Assembly: GCA_963814375.1 (NCBI GenBank)
Contig: CAWFCQ010000008.1
Location: 352,001 to 416,000, forward strand
DNA: 64,000 nt
From: an uncultured Chloroflexia bacterium
Lineage (GTDB): Bacteria; Chloroflexota; Limnocylindria; QHBO01
Direction: 5' to 3'
This document shows positions 55,968 to 64,000 of the stretch, piece after piece (the first letter of the stretch is position 1; each line of letters starts with the position of its first letter). The notes under the pieces were generated by a model. It ran no database searches. It saw nothing but the letters and a program-made list of their open reading frames with translations, and was not told where the DNA came from. The translations under genes and the position numbers were made by a program.

Positions 55968-56797
55968 CGGAGTCGCCACACGAGGCGGCCGTCGAGGCGT
56001 GGCGCGACAAGCGCTACGCGGCGCTCCGGCGCGAGATGGGCTGGCTCACCCTCGGCGGGCTGGGCTGGCTGCGCGACGGTGTGAATCGGCTTGGTACCGG
56101 CCCGGACGTCGACGTTCGCCTTCCGAGCGGTCCCGCGCTGGTGGGTACCGTGACGCTCGAGGGCGGCCGGGTAGTGGCCGACGGCGGATTCCGGCACGCC
56201 GGCGAAGCGGTCGCCGATCTCGAGCTGGTCGATGACGAGGACGGAAGGCCGACCCTCCTCGAGGTCGAATCGCTCCGCCTCTGCCTCATACGCCGTGGTG
56301 GCCAGCTCGCCATCCGCACCTGGGACACGGATGCCTCCACCCGTCGTGAGTTCGACGGAGTCGATCATTGGCCGGTCGACCCGGCGTGGCTGATCGAGGC
56401 ACGGTTCGAGGTCACTCCCGGACGGGTGCTGCGAGTCCCGGACGTCCTCGGCTTCATCGAGGAGGAGCCGTCGCCGGGCGAGGTCGTATTCACGGTCGCG
56501 GACGCTGAGCGCCGGCTGCAGGCGCTCTCCGGAGGGGACAGCGGCGAGCTGTGGCTCGTCTTCGGCGACCTCACCAACGGCGCGGAGACGTACGGTGGTG
56601 GGCGCTTCCTGTACACCGATCCACCCGCGGCCGACGGATCGGTCAGCGTCGACTTCAACCGTGCCTACAACCCGCCGTGCGTCTTCAGCCCCTTCGCGAC
56701 CTGCCCGCTCCCGTGGGCTGCGAACCGGCTGGAGACGCGCATCGAGGCGGGCGAGCGGATGTACCACCCGCCGAGCGGACCGGCCGGGGCCGGGTAG
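55964..56797 (+). CDS. DUF1684 domain protein
   Basis: GWLTL, FGDLTNGAETYGGGRFL, DFNRAYNPPCVFSPFATCP. Confidence 0.9.
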   Translation: MTESPHEAAVEAWRDKRYAALRREMGWLTLGGLGWLRDGVNRLGTGPDVDVRLPSGPALVGTVTLEGGRVVADGGFRHAGEAVADLELVDDEDGRPTLLEVESLRLCLIRRGGQLAIRTWDTDASTRREFDGVDHWPVDPAWLIEARFEVTPGRVLRVPDVLGFIEEEPSPGEVVFTVADAERRLQALSGGDSGELWLVFGDLTNGAETYGGGRFLYTDPPAADGSVSVDFNRAYNPPCVFSPFATCPLPWAANRLETRIEAGERMYHPPSGPAGAG

Positions 56798-56800
56798 AGC

Positions 56801-58384
56801 TCAGGCCTCGCGTCGCAGCTCGTCGAGGTCGAGGTCGCGCTCGACGGCTCGAAGCGCCTCGTCGCTGATCTCGCCGCGGTCCCGCAGGTGGAGGATCGCC
56901 AGCCGCTCCGCGCTGATCACCGCGCGACGGATCTCATCGTGCTCCATCTCCTCTACCTCCTCCGGCGTCAGCTGGTCCGGCGGTGGCGCGGGCTCGTCGC
57001 GGTGCTCATGGACCAGGTGCTCGTTTCGATGCCCGTATCGCTCACCCAGCTGGTCGAGAAGCGGCAGATGGCCGGGAACCTCGCTGCGCAGCTCGTCGAT
57101 GCGGGTGAGGGCGGCCTCAGTGGCGACGGTTCGCGCGTGGAGCTCCTCGTGCTCGAGCGAGTCGTCATCGGCCACGCCGAGCGCTCGAATCAGCGCCGGC
57201 AGGGTGAGTCCCTGGCCGATGAGCGTCACGAGGATGACGCTGAACGCCAGGAAGATCACGAGCCCGCGCTCCGGGAACTGCGCCGGGAGCGCCAGGGCCG
57301 CCGCGAGCGTCACGGCGCCGCGCATGCCGCCCCAGCCCAGGATGACGACCACCCGGGCCGGGGGAGCCGGATCGCGCCGGGCGATCGCGGGGATGAGCCA
57401 GCGCGGGAGGTAGGTGGCCGGGTACACCCACGCCAGGCGCACGAGGATCACGGTGGCGCACACCGCGGCCGCGAGGCCCAGCAGCTGAACCGTCGTGTAG
57501 CCCTGGACGTCCGCGGTCACCGTCGGCAGCTGGAGGCCGATGAGCAGGAAGGCAAGCCCGTTCACGACGAAGATGACCATGTTCCAGGTCGCCGTCCCCA
57601 GGATCCTCGTGTTCGATCCCATCACGCGCGGGGCGCGCCAGCCGACCCACAGGCCGGCGACGACCACGGCGATCACGCCGGAAACGCCGATCGTCTCGGC
57701 CGGCAGGTAGGCGGCAAACGGCGCCAGTAGGCTCACCAGCACCTCGACCGGTGGGTCCTCGAGCAGCGACATGAGCCATGACGTGACCCAGCCCACCACC
57801 AGGCCGATCGCCGCCCCGCCCACCGCGACCGTGACGATCGTCGTGGTGGCCGAGCCGAGGTCGATGGCCGCCCCGCCCACGGCTGCAACCACTGCCAGCC
57901 GATAGATCGTCAGCGCCGTGGCGTCGTTGACCAGGCTCTCGCCCTCGAAGATCGTCACCAGCCGCCGCGGTAGCTTGAGGCGACGCGCGATCGAGGTCGC
58001 GGCGATCGCGTCCGGCGGCGAGACGATCGCGCCGAGGGCGATCGCGACCGGCCAGCCAAGCTCGGGGATGAGCAGTATTCCAACGGCCGCCACCGCCAGC
58101 GTCGTCGTGGCGACCAGGCCCACGGCGAGGAGCGTGATCGGCCGCACGTTGCGCCACAGCTCGCGGGGCGAGAGGAAGTAGGCGGCGGAGAAGAGGATCG
58201 GCGGCAGGAAGATGACGAGGACCGTCTCCGGCGCGAGCTCGATGCGTGGCATGCCCGGAACGAGCCCGAGCCCGAGGCCCGCGATCACCATGAGGATCGG
58301 GTACGGCACGTCGATGCGCTCGGCGATGACGGTGACTGCCGCCACCACCGCGATGAGGAGCAGGACGAGCTCGAAGGCTTCCAT
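56801..58384 (-). CDS. Na+/H+ antiporter (CPA1 family)
   Basis: FLPPILF, SPPDAIA, EGESLVND, GMRGAVTLAAAL. Confidence 0.93.
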   Translation of the reverse strand: MEAFELVLLLIAVVAAVTVIAERIDVPYPILMVIAGLGLGLVPGMPRIELAPETVLVIFLPPILFSAAYFLSPRELWRNVRPITLLAVGLVATTTLAVAAVGILLIPELGWPVAIALGAIVSPPDAIAATSIARRLKLPRRLVTIFEGESLVNDATALTIYRLAVVAAVGGAAIDLGSATTTIVTVAVGGAAIGLVVGWVTSWLMSLLEDPPVEVLVSLLAPFAAYLPAETIGVSGVIAVVVAGLWVGWRAPRVMGSNTRILGTATWNMVIFVVNGLAFLLIGLQLPTVTADVQGYTTVQLLGLAAAVCATVILVRLAWVYPATYLPRWLIPAIARRDPAPPARVVVILGWGGMRGAVTLAAALALPAQFPERGLVIFLAFSVILVTLIGQGLTLPALIRALGVADDDSLEHEELHARTVATEAALTRIDELRSEVPGHLPLLDQLGERYGHRNEHLVHEHRDEPAPPPDQLTPEEVEEMEHDEIRRAVISAERLAILHLRDRGEISDEALRAVERDLDLDELRREA

Positions 58385-58446
58385 TCGAGCGCACTGTAGG
58401 GGTACCCGGGGCCACCGCGAGACGGCTGGCCGCTAGACTTGCGCCG

Positions 58447-59646
58447 ATGACGAGCCCTTCGGTAACGCCCCGCGCGACCGCGGACTTCCTGAACGACCGC
58501 GTCCGTGCCATGCCGCCGTCCGGCATCCGACGCTTCTTCGACATGCTGGCCGAGATGAAGGACGTGATCAGCCTCACGATCGGCGAGCCGGACTTCACCA
58601 CGCCTGAGCCGATTACCCGGGCGGCCATCGCGAGCCTCGAGGCCGGTGAGACCCACTACACCGCCAACGGCGGGATGCTCGAGCTGCGTGAGCTGATCTC
58701 CGCCAACCTCCGTGATCGCTACGGGGTCGCCTACGACCCACGGACCGAGCTCATCGTGACGGTGGGGGCGTCAGAGGGTGTCGATGCCTCGCTGCGCGCG
58801 ACGATCAACCCAGGTGACGAGGTGATCTACCACGAGCCGTGCTTCGTGGCCTACGCGCCGTGCATCGAGCTCGCGGGTGGCGTCGCCGTGCCGGTCAGCA
58901 CCACGGATGCGACCGACTTCCGCGTCACCGCCGAGATGATCACGGGCGCGATCACGCCTCGCACCAAGGCGATCTTCCTCGGCTACCCGAACAACCCGAC
59001 CGGCGCCGTCCTCGGCGCCGACGAGCTCGCGGCGATCGCGCGCGTCGCCGACGAGCACGACCTGCTCGTCTACAGCGACGAGATTTACGACCGGCTGGTC
59101 TACGGCGACCACGAGCATGTCGCCTTCTCCTCGCTGCCGGGCATGCGTGAGCGGACGGTCCTGCTCGGCGGCTTCAGCAAGAGCTATGCGATGACCGGGT
59201 GGCGCATCGGCTATGTCGCGGCGCCGGCGGACCTCATGGTCGGGATCGCCAAGGTCCACCAGTTCGGGATCATGTGCGCGCCAACCGCCGCACAGTTCGC
59301 CGCCATCGAGGCGCTCAAGAACGGCGAGCCCCACCTCCAGGCCATGCGCGCCGAGTACGACCGCCGCCGCAAGTACATCGTCGATCGCTTCAACGCGCTC
59401 GGGCTGAGCTGCTTCGAGCCGAAGGGCGCGTTCTACTGCTTCCCACACGTGACCAGCGTGACCGGCCTCGACGAGAGCCTCTTCGCTGAGCGGCTGCTCG
59501 AGGAGGAGCGCGTCGGCGTCGTGCCCGGAAACGCCTTCGGCCCATCAGGCGCCGGTCACGTCCGCGTCTGCTACGCCACCGCCTACGAGCAGATCGTCGA
59601 GGCGATGGACCGGATCGAGCGCTTCGTCGGCCGCCACAGCGCGTGA
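58447..59646 (+). CDS. PLP-dependent aminotransferase class I/II
   Basis: IGEPDF, PNNPTG, SDEIY, FSKSYAMTGWRIGY. Confidence 0.93.
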   Translation: MTSPSVTPRATADFLNDRVRAMPPSGIRRFFDMLAEMKDVISLTIGEPDFTTPEPITRAAIASLEAGETHYTANGGMLELRELISANLRDRYGVAYDPRTELIVTVGASEGVDASLRATINPGDEVIYHEPCFVAYAPCIELAGGVAVPVSTTDATDFRVTAEMITGAITPRTKAIFLGYPNNPTGAVLGADELAAIARVADEHDLLVYSDEIYDRLVYGDHEHVAFSSLPGMRERTVLLGGFSKSYAMTGWRIGYVAAPADLMVGIAKVHQFGIMCAPTAAQFAAIEALKNGEPHLQAMRAEYDRRRKYIVDRFNALGLSCFEPKGAFYCFPHVTSVTGLDESLFAERLLEEERVGVVPGNAFGPSGAGHVRVCYATAYEQIVEAMDRIERFVGRHSA

Positions 59647-59674
59647 CGGGCCTGCGGTTCAGCTGCGCCGCGCC

Positions 59675-60493
59675 ATGACCTCGTTCGCCGAGCTCCTGCG
59701 GGTCGATCCTGGAGCGGATCCGGATCTTGCCGCCCGTGATACCAGCGCGACGCCGGGCCTCGTCGGCGGCAAGGCCGCCGCGCAGAGTCGGCTCGACGAT
59801 CTGCTCGACGAGCTCTCCGACTTCCAGGAGCGCCTGTGGGCTGAAGCCGGCCAGAGCCTGCTCATCGTCCTCCAGGCTCTCGACGGGGGCGGCAAGGACG
59901 GGCTGATTCGGAAGGTGATCACGGCGTTCAACCCGCAGGGCGCCCGCGTCACGAACTATGGCGTTCCCAACGACGAAGAGCTCCGCCACGACTTCCTGTG
60001 GCGAATTCACCACAACACGCCTGGGAAGGGCCGGATCGCCGTCTTCAATCGGTCCCACTACGAGGACGTGCTCGTCGTCCGGGTCAACGAGCTGGTTCCG
60101 AAGGAGATCTGGGAGCGCCGCTACGAGCAGATCAACGCCTTCGAGGCGCATCTCGCGGCCAACGGTACGCGCATCGTGAAGCTCTTCCTGCACATCAGCC
60201 GCGACGAGCAGCGCGCGCGGTTCCAGAAGCGTCTCGACAACCCGGCGAAGCACTGGAAATGGAAGTCCAGTGACCTGGATACGCGCGCGAAGTGGGACGC
60301 CTACCAGGCGGCCTATGCCGATGCGTTGGCGCGCTGCTCCACCGCATCGGCGCCGTGGTACGTGATCCCGGCTGACCACAAGTGGTATCGCGATCTCGCG
60401 GCGGCCGAGATCCTGGCGGAGACCGCGCGCGAGATGGACCCGAAGTGGCCCGACCCGGAGGAGGACCTGGCCTCGGTCGTCATCCCCGAGTGA
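59675..60493 (+). CDS. ppk2: Polyphosphate kinase 2 family protein
   Basis: LQALDGGGKDG, HDFLWR, FNRSHYEDVL, PWYVIPADHKWYR. Confidence 0.92.
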   Translation: MTSFAELLRVDPGADPDLAARDTSATPGLVGGKAAAQSRLDDLLDELSDFQERLWAEAGQSLLIVLQALDGGGKDGLIRKVITAFNPQGARVTNYGVPNDEELRHDFLWRIHHNTPGKGRIAVFNRSHYEDVLVVRVNELVPKEIWERRYEQINAFEAHLAANGTRIVKLFLHISRDEQRARFQKRLDNPAKHWKWKSSDLDTRAKWDAYQAAYADALARCSTASAPWYVIPADHKWYRDLAAAEILAETAREMDPKWPDPEEDLASVVIPE

Positions 60494-60509
60494 AACGGAG
60501 GGCGTACCC

Positions 60510-60704
60510 ATGCGCATGAAGCACCGATGGATCGGCGGCCTGGCACTGGCGGCCGCGCTGACTTTGGCGGCCTGCGCACCGCCCTCGCAGGGCGGAGCCG
60601 AGTCTGACGAGGCGAGCGTGCCGGCCGAGGGCTCCACACCGGCCACGACCGAGCCGATGGGGAGCGGAAGCGCCGAGCCGACGCCCGACGATTACGAGTA
60701 CTAG
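60510..60704 (+). CDS. Small lipoprotein
   Basis: SD GGAGG, lipobox LAAC, acidic low-complexity tail ending DDYEY. Confidence 0.75.
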   Translation: MRMKHRWIGGLALAAALTLAACAPPSQGGAESDEASVPAEGSTPATTEPMGSGSAEPTPDDYEY

Positions 60705-60714
60705 CCGCTGAGCT

Positions 60715-61131
60715 TCACCCGGCGCGCTGGAGGCAGCCGCGGGCGAAGGCGAGCAGCGCCTCGATCGATCGCTCGCCGCTATCGGTGTTTGCGGCGAGCT
60801 CGATCTTCGGATCCTCGGCGACGAGGCGCCAGATCGAGAGGACCTGCTCGCTCACCCCATCGATCTGCGCATCACTCTGGAGCCGCAGGCCGCGCACTCC
60901 CGACCAGCGGTGAACCTGCCCGCGCAGGATCCAGGCGCCCTCCGGGTCGCTTCCCGCGGGCGCGTACTGGTAGTCGAGCAGCCCGATATCGGTGGCGATG
61001 AAGATCCGCAGCCGCCCGTTGTCGGGGTTGACCGCTACGTGGGCGGCGTACTCCGCCGCACCGAGGTCGCCGAGCTGCCGCTGGAGCAGCTCGCGCGCGC
61101 GGCCGAGGTTGTCCCATTCGCCGATTTTCAT
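60715..61131 (-). CDS. Hypothetical protein (138 aa)
   Basis: MKIGEWDN...CLQRAG, globular composition; -10 TATCCT 6 nt before ATG. Confidence 0.7.
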   Translation of the reverse strand: MKIGEWDNLGRARELLQRQLGDLGAAEYAAHVAVNPDNGRLRIFIATDIGLLDYQYAPAGSDPEGAWILRGQVHRWSGVRGLRLQSDAQIDGVSEQVLSIWRLVAEDPKIELAANTDSGERSIEALLAFARGCLQRAG

Positions 61132-61170
61132 CGGCGCAGGATACCGCCGTCGCGTCGGTACAATCGGCTC

Positions 61171-62652
61171 ATGGCCGTGACGACGCGCTACGAAACGATC
61201 ATCGGGATCGAGGTCCACGCCCAGCTGCGGACCTCCTCGAAGATGTTCTGCTCGTGCGCGACCTCGGCGCCGGAGGGCATTCCGGACGAGCCGAACACGC
61301 GCGTCTGCCCGGTCTGCCTGGGGATGCCCGGCACGCTTCCCGTGATCAACCGCCGCGCAGTCGAGCTGGTCATGCTCACCGGCATCGCCCTGGACTGCCA
61401 CGTCGAGACCGAGGCGGTCCGGTTCGAGCGCAAGAACTACTTCTACCCGGATCTGCCCAAGGGCTACCAGATCAGCCAGTACGCGCTTCCCCTGACTTCG
61501 AACGGCCGGTTGGTGGTGCCGGTGCCGGCCGAGGGCGGCGAGGTCACGATCGGGATCACGCGCGCCCACCTGGAGGAGGACACGGCTCGGATGCAGCATG
61601 CCGGCCGTGGGTACAGCGTGGTCGACTTCAACCGTGCCGGCGTGCCGCTGATGGAGATTGTCACCGAGCCCGATCTGCGCTCCCCGGCCCAGGCGCGCGC
61701 CTACGGCGAGACGCTGCGCGAGCTGCTGCGCGCCATCGGTGCCAGCAACGCCGACATGGAGGCGGGCAGCATGAGGATCGAGGGCAACGTCAGCCTGCGG
61801 CCGATGGGCGCCGATGCGCTCGGCACCAAGGTCGAGGTCAAGAACCTCAACAGCTTTCGCTCGCTGGAGCGTGCGCTCGAGTTCGAGGTCGCACGTCACA
61901 CCGATGCCCTGGAGCGTGGTGAGACGCTCGTCCAGGAGACGCGGGGCTGGAACGAGGATGCGGGACGGACGATCGTCCAGCGCTCCAAGGAGGAGGCGAA
62001 CGACTATCGCTACTTCCCCGAGCCGGATCTGCCGCCGCTGCGCCCGTCGCCCGAGTGGGTGGCCGAGCTTCAGGCGCGCGTGCCCGAGCTTCCCGCTCAG
62101 CGCCGTGCGCGATACGCCGAGACGCTCGGCCTCTCGGCCTATGACGCGGGCGTGCTGACCGCGGATTCGGCGCTGGCCGACTACTTCGACGCGGTCATCG
62201 CCGAGGACGTCGCGCCGAAGGTGGCGGCCAACTGGGTCTCCGGCGAGCTCAGCCGGCTGATCAACCTGCACGCGGCCGAGGGACTGCGCGCCGATCGCGT
62301 CGCAATTCGGCCGGCCGCCCTCGCAGAGCTCATCGGAGCGGTCGAGGCGGGGAAGGTTTCCGCGACGAATGCCAAGACGGTACTGGCCACCATCTTCGAC
62401 AGCGGCGAGTCTCCGCGCGCCGTCATCGAGCGGGAAGGCCTTGGGCAGGTGTCCGACTCGGCCGCCATCGGCGTCGAGATCGATGCCGTGCTTGGGGAGT
62501 TCACCGACCAGGTGGCCGAGTACCGTGCCGGCAAGACTCAGGTCTTCGGGTTCCTGGTCGGGCAGGTGATGAAGCGGACCTCGGGGCGCGCCGATGCCCG
62601 GCTGGTCAACGACGAGCTGCGGCGCCGGCTCGATACCGCTGAGGGAGGCTGA
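61171..62652 (+). CDS. gatB: Asp/Glu-tRNA amidotransferase subunit B
   Basis: IGIEVHAQL, RKNYFYPDLPKGYQISQ, DYRYFPEPDL, FLVGQVMK. Confidence 0.97.
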   Translation: MAVTTRYETIIGIEVHAQLRTSSKMFCSCATSAPEGIPDEPNTRVCPVCLGMPGTLPVINRRAVELVMLTGIALDCHVETEAVRFERKNYFYPDLPKGYQISQYALPLTSNGRLVVPVPAEGGEVTIGITRAHLEEDTARMQHAGRGYSVVDFNRAGVPLMEIVTEPDLRSPAQARAYGETLRELLRAIGASNADMEAGSMRIEGNVSLRPMGADALGTKVEVKNLNSFRSLERALEFEVARHTDALERGETLVQETRGWNEDAGRTIVQRSKEEANDYRYFPEPDLPPLRPSPEWVAELQARVPELPAQRRARYAETLGLSAYDAGVLTADSALADYFDAVIAEDVAPKVAANWVSGELSRLINLHAAEGLRADRVAIRPAALAELIGAVEAGKVSATNAKTVLATIFDSGESPRAVIEREGLGQVSDSAAIGVEIDAVLGEFTDQVAEYRAGKTQVFGFLVGQVMKRTSGRADARLVNDELRRRLDTAEGG

Positions 62653-62654
62653 TC

Positions 62655-63236
62655 ATGAACTACGGATGCGGAACCTCGATCCTCGGTGTCGTCGCGAGGC
62701 TCGGCATGGTCCTCGTGCTCCTCCTCGCGCCGGCAACATCGGTGCTCGGCGGCGGCACCCTTTGCTCCCTGCAGGCCACGGTCGGCGGAGGGTCGGCGAC
62801 CGAGGTGCCCGTCGGCGAGGAGGTGCTCGTCGAAGGGTTCGGCTTCCCGGCAGGCGGGGAGGTGGAACTGACGTATGACGTGGACGGCACACCCATCGGC
62901 ACCGAGACAGTCACCGCAGACGCCGGCGGGCTGTTCGAGACGACCGTCGTCCCGCAGCCGGGCGAAGAAGGCATGTGGACCGTGACCGCCACCGTGGTCA
63001 AGGGGTGCACGGCCAGCACCGGCTTCCTGGTGGTCGGCGCGACGGCCACAGACTCCCCGGCGCCAACGCCGGCGCCGACGGCACAGCCAACCCCGGTGCA
63101 GAGCCAGCTCCCGAACGTGGCGATCCCGTCGAGCGGTGACGCTTCCCGTCCGCCGATCGAGGTGCTGGCCGGGCTCGCGCTCGTCGCGGCGTCGCTCGCC
63201 CTGGCCCGCCGGCGTCTGGTACGGAACGTGCCATAA
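62655..63236 (+). CDS. Surface protein with a sortase-like C-terminal sorting signal
   Basis: Signal peptide, beta-rich domain with a Cys pair, Pro/Thr linker, LPNVA + TM + RRR. Confidence 0.7.
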   Translation: MNYGCGTSILGVVARLGMVLVLLLAPATSVLGGGTLCSLQATVGGGSATEVPVGEEVLVEGFGFPAGGEVELTYDVDGTPIGTETVTADAGGLFETTVVPQPGEEGMWTVTATVVKGCTASTGFLVVGATATDSPAPTPAPTAQPTPVQSQLPNVAIPSSGDASRPPIEVLAGLALVAASLALARRRLVRNVP

Positions 63237-63263
63237 AGCCAGGATCCAGCTTCGCAGCGGAGA

Positions 63264-64000
63264 ATGATCCTGCGCATCGCACAGGTCGCACCACTCATCG
63301 AAAGCGTCCCACCTTCGGGCTACGGTGGCACCGAACGCGTCGTGTCCTACCTGACCGAGGAGCTCGTCCGCGAGGGCCACGAGGTCACGCTCTTTGCCAG
63401 CGGCGACTCGCAGACGTCGGCTGAGCTCGTACCGTGCTCGCCGGCGGCGCTGCGCCTCGACGAGGGCGTGGTCGACCCGATCGCGCACCTGGTCGTGGAG
63501 CTGGAGGCCGTCGCGGCTCGGGCACGGGACTTCGATGTCATCCACTGGCACCTGGACTACTTTCACTTCCCGCTGTCGCGGCGTCTCGGCGTGCCGCAGC
63601 TGACCACCCTGCACGGCCGCCTCGACACGGCGGACCTGCAGCCGGTCTATGACGAGTTCGGCGATATGCCCCTCATCTCGATCTCGGACGACCAGCGAGC
63701 TCCGCTGCCGCAGGCCAACTGGGCCGGCACGATCTACCACGGCATGCCGATCGATGAGCTCCGGCCACGTCCCGAGGCGGGGGAGTACCTCGCCTTCCTC
63801 GGTCGCATCTCGCCGGAAAAGCGGGTCGATCGAGCGATCGAGGTCGCTCGCCGGGTGGGGATGCCGCTCCGGGTGGCCGCCAAGGTCGATGACGTCGATC
63901 GAGACTACTACGAGGAGGAGATCGAGCATCTCCTCGACCTTCCTCACGTGGAGTTCATCGGCGAGATCGGACCGGAGGAGAAGGACGACTTCCTCGGGCG
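63264..64000 (+). CDS. Glycosyltransferase family 4 (runs off the window end)
   Basis: LRIAQVAPLIESVPPSGYGGTERVVSYL, TLFASGDS, FLGRISPEK. Confidence 0.9.
   Translation, partial: MILRIAQVAPLIESVPPSGYGGTERVVSYLTEELVREGHEVTLFASGDSQTSAELVPCSPAALRLDEGVVDPIAHLVVELEAVAARARDFDVIHWHLDYFHFPLSRRLGVPQLTTLHGRLDTADLQPVYDEFGDMPLISISDDQRAPLPQANWAGTIYHGMPIDELRPRPEAGEYLAFLGRISPEKRVDRAIEVARRVGMPLRVAAKVDDVDRDYYEEEIEHLLDLPHVEFIGEIGPEEKDDFLG

Overview
High-GC (about 70% by eye) bacterial chromosomal core region. Gene order and protein style suggest an uncultured Chloroflexota lineage, possibly Limnocylindria-like; this is inference. Contents in order: a dcw cluster (ftsL-ftsI-murF-mraY-murD-ftsW-murG-murB-ddl-ftsQ-sbp-ftsA-ftsZ, without murE or murC); yggS/yggT; tRNA-Val(CAC); a GT4; a NUDIX-gcvTHP1P2 operon; an ECF sigma/zinc anti-sigma pair; a dpp/opp ABC transporter; a two-subunit NAD synthetase; ssb; fpr-metG-tatD; CIRCE-controlled groESL; a DGPF/YciI gene; a large secreted propeller/PKD/Ig protein; pcrA-2xDinB-like-ligA-osmC-GNAT; an F420-type oxidoreductase operon; gatCA...gatB; a Na+/H+ antiporter; an aminotransferase; PPK2; and a partial GT4. 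No mobile element, prophage or CRISPR array is visible. About 18 single-base frameshifts, several in essential genes, look like sequencing errors. Best leads: (1) a c-di-GMP-II-type riboswitch with G in place of the usual ligand-pocket A (GAG variant), in front of a surface protein ending in three copies of an unrecognised ~65-aa repeat; (2) a MetRS whose HIGH motif reads ALHS, the swapped form known from mupirocin-hyper-resistant IleRS; (3) phased consensus DnaA boxes at a dedicated ftsZ promoter; (4) two sigma54-type promoters each driving a tiny single-pass membrane protein, one missing from the ORF track; (5) widespread leaderless and bidirectional promoters.
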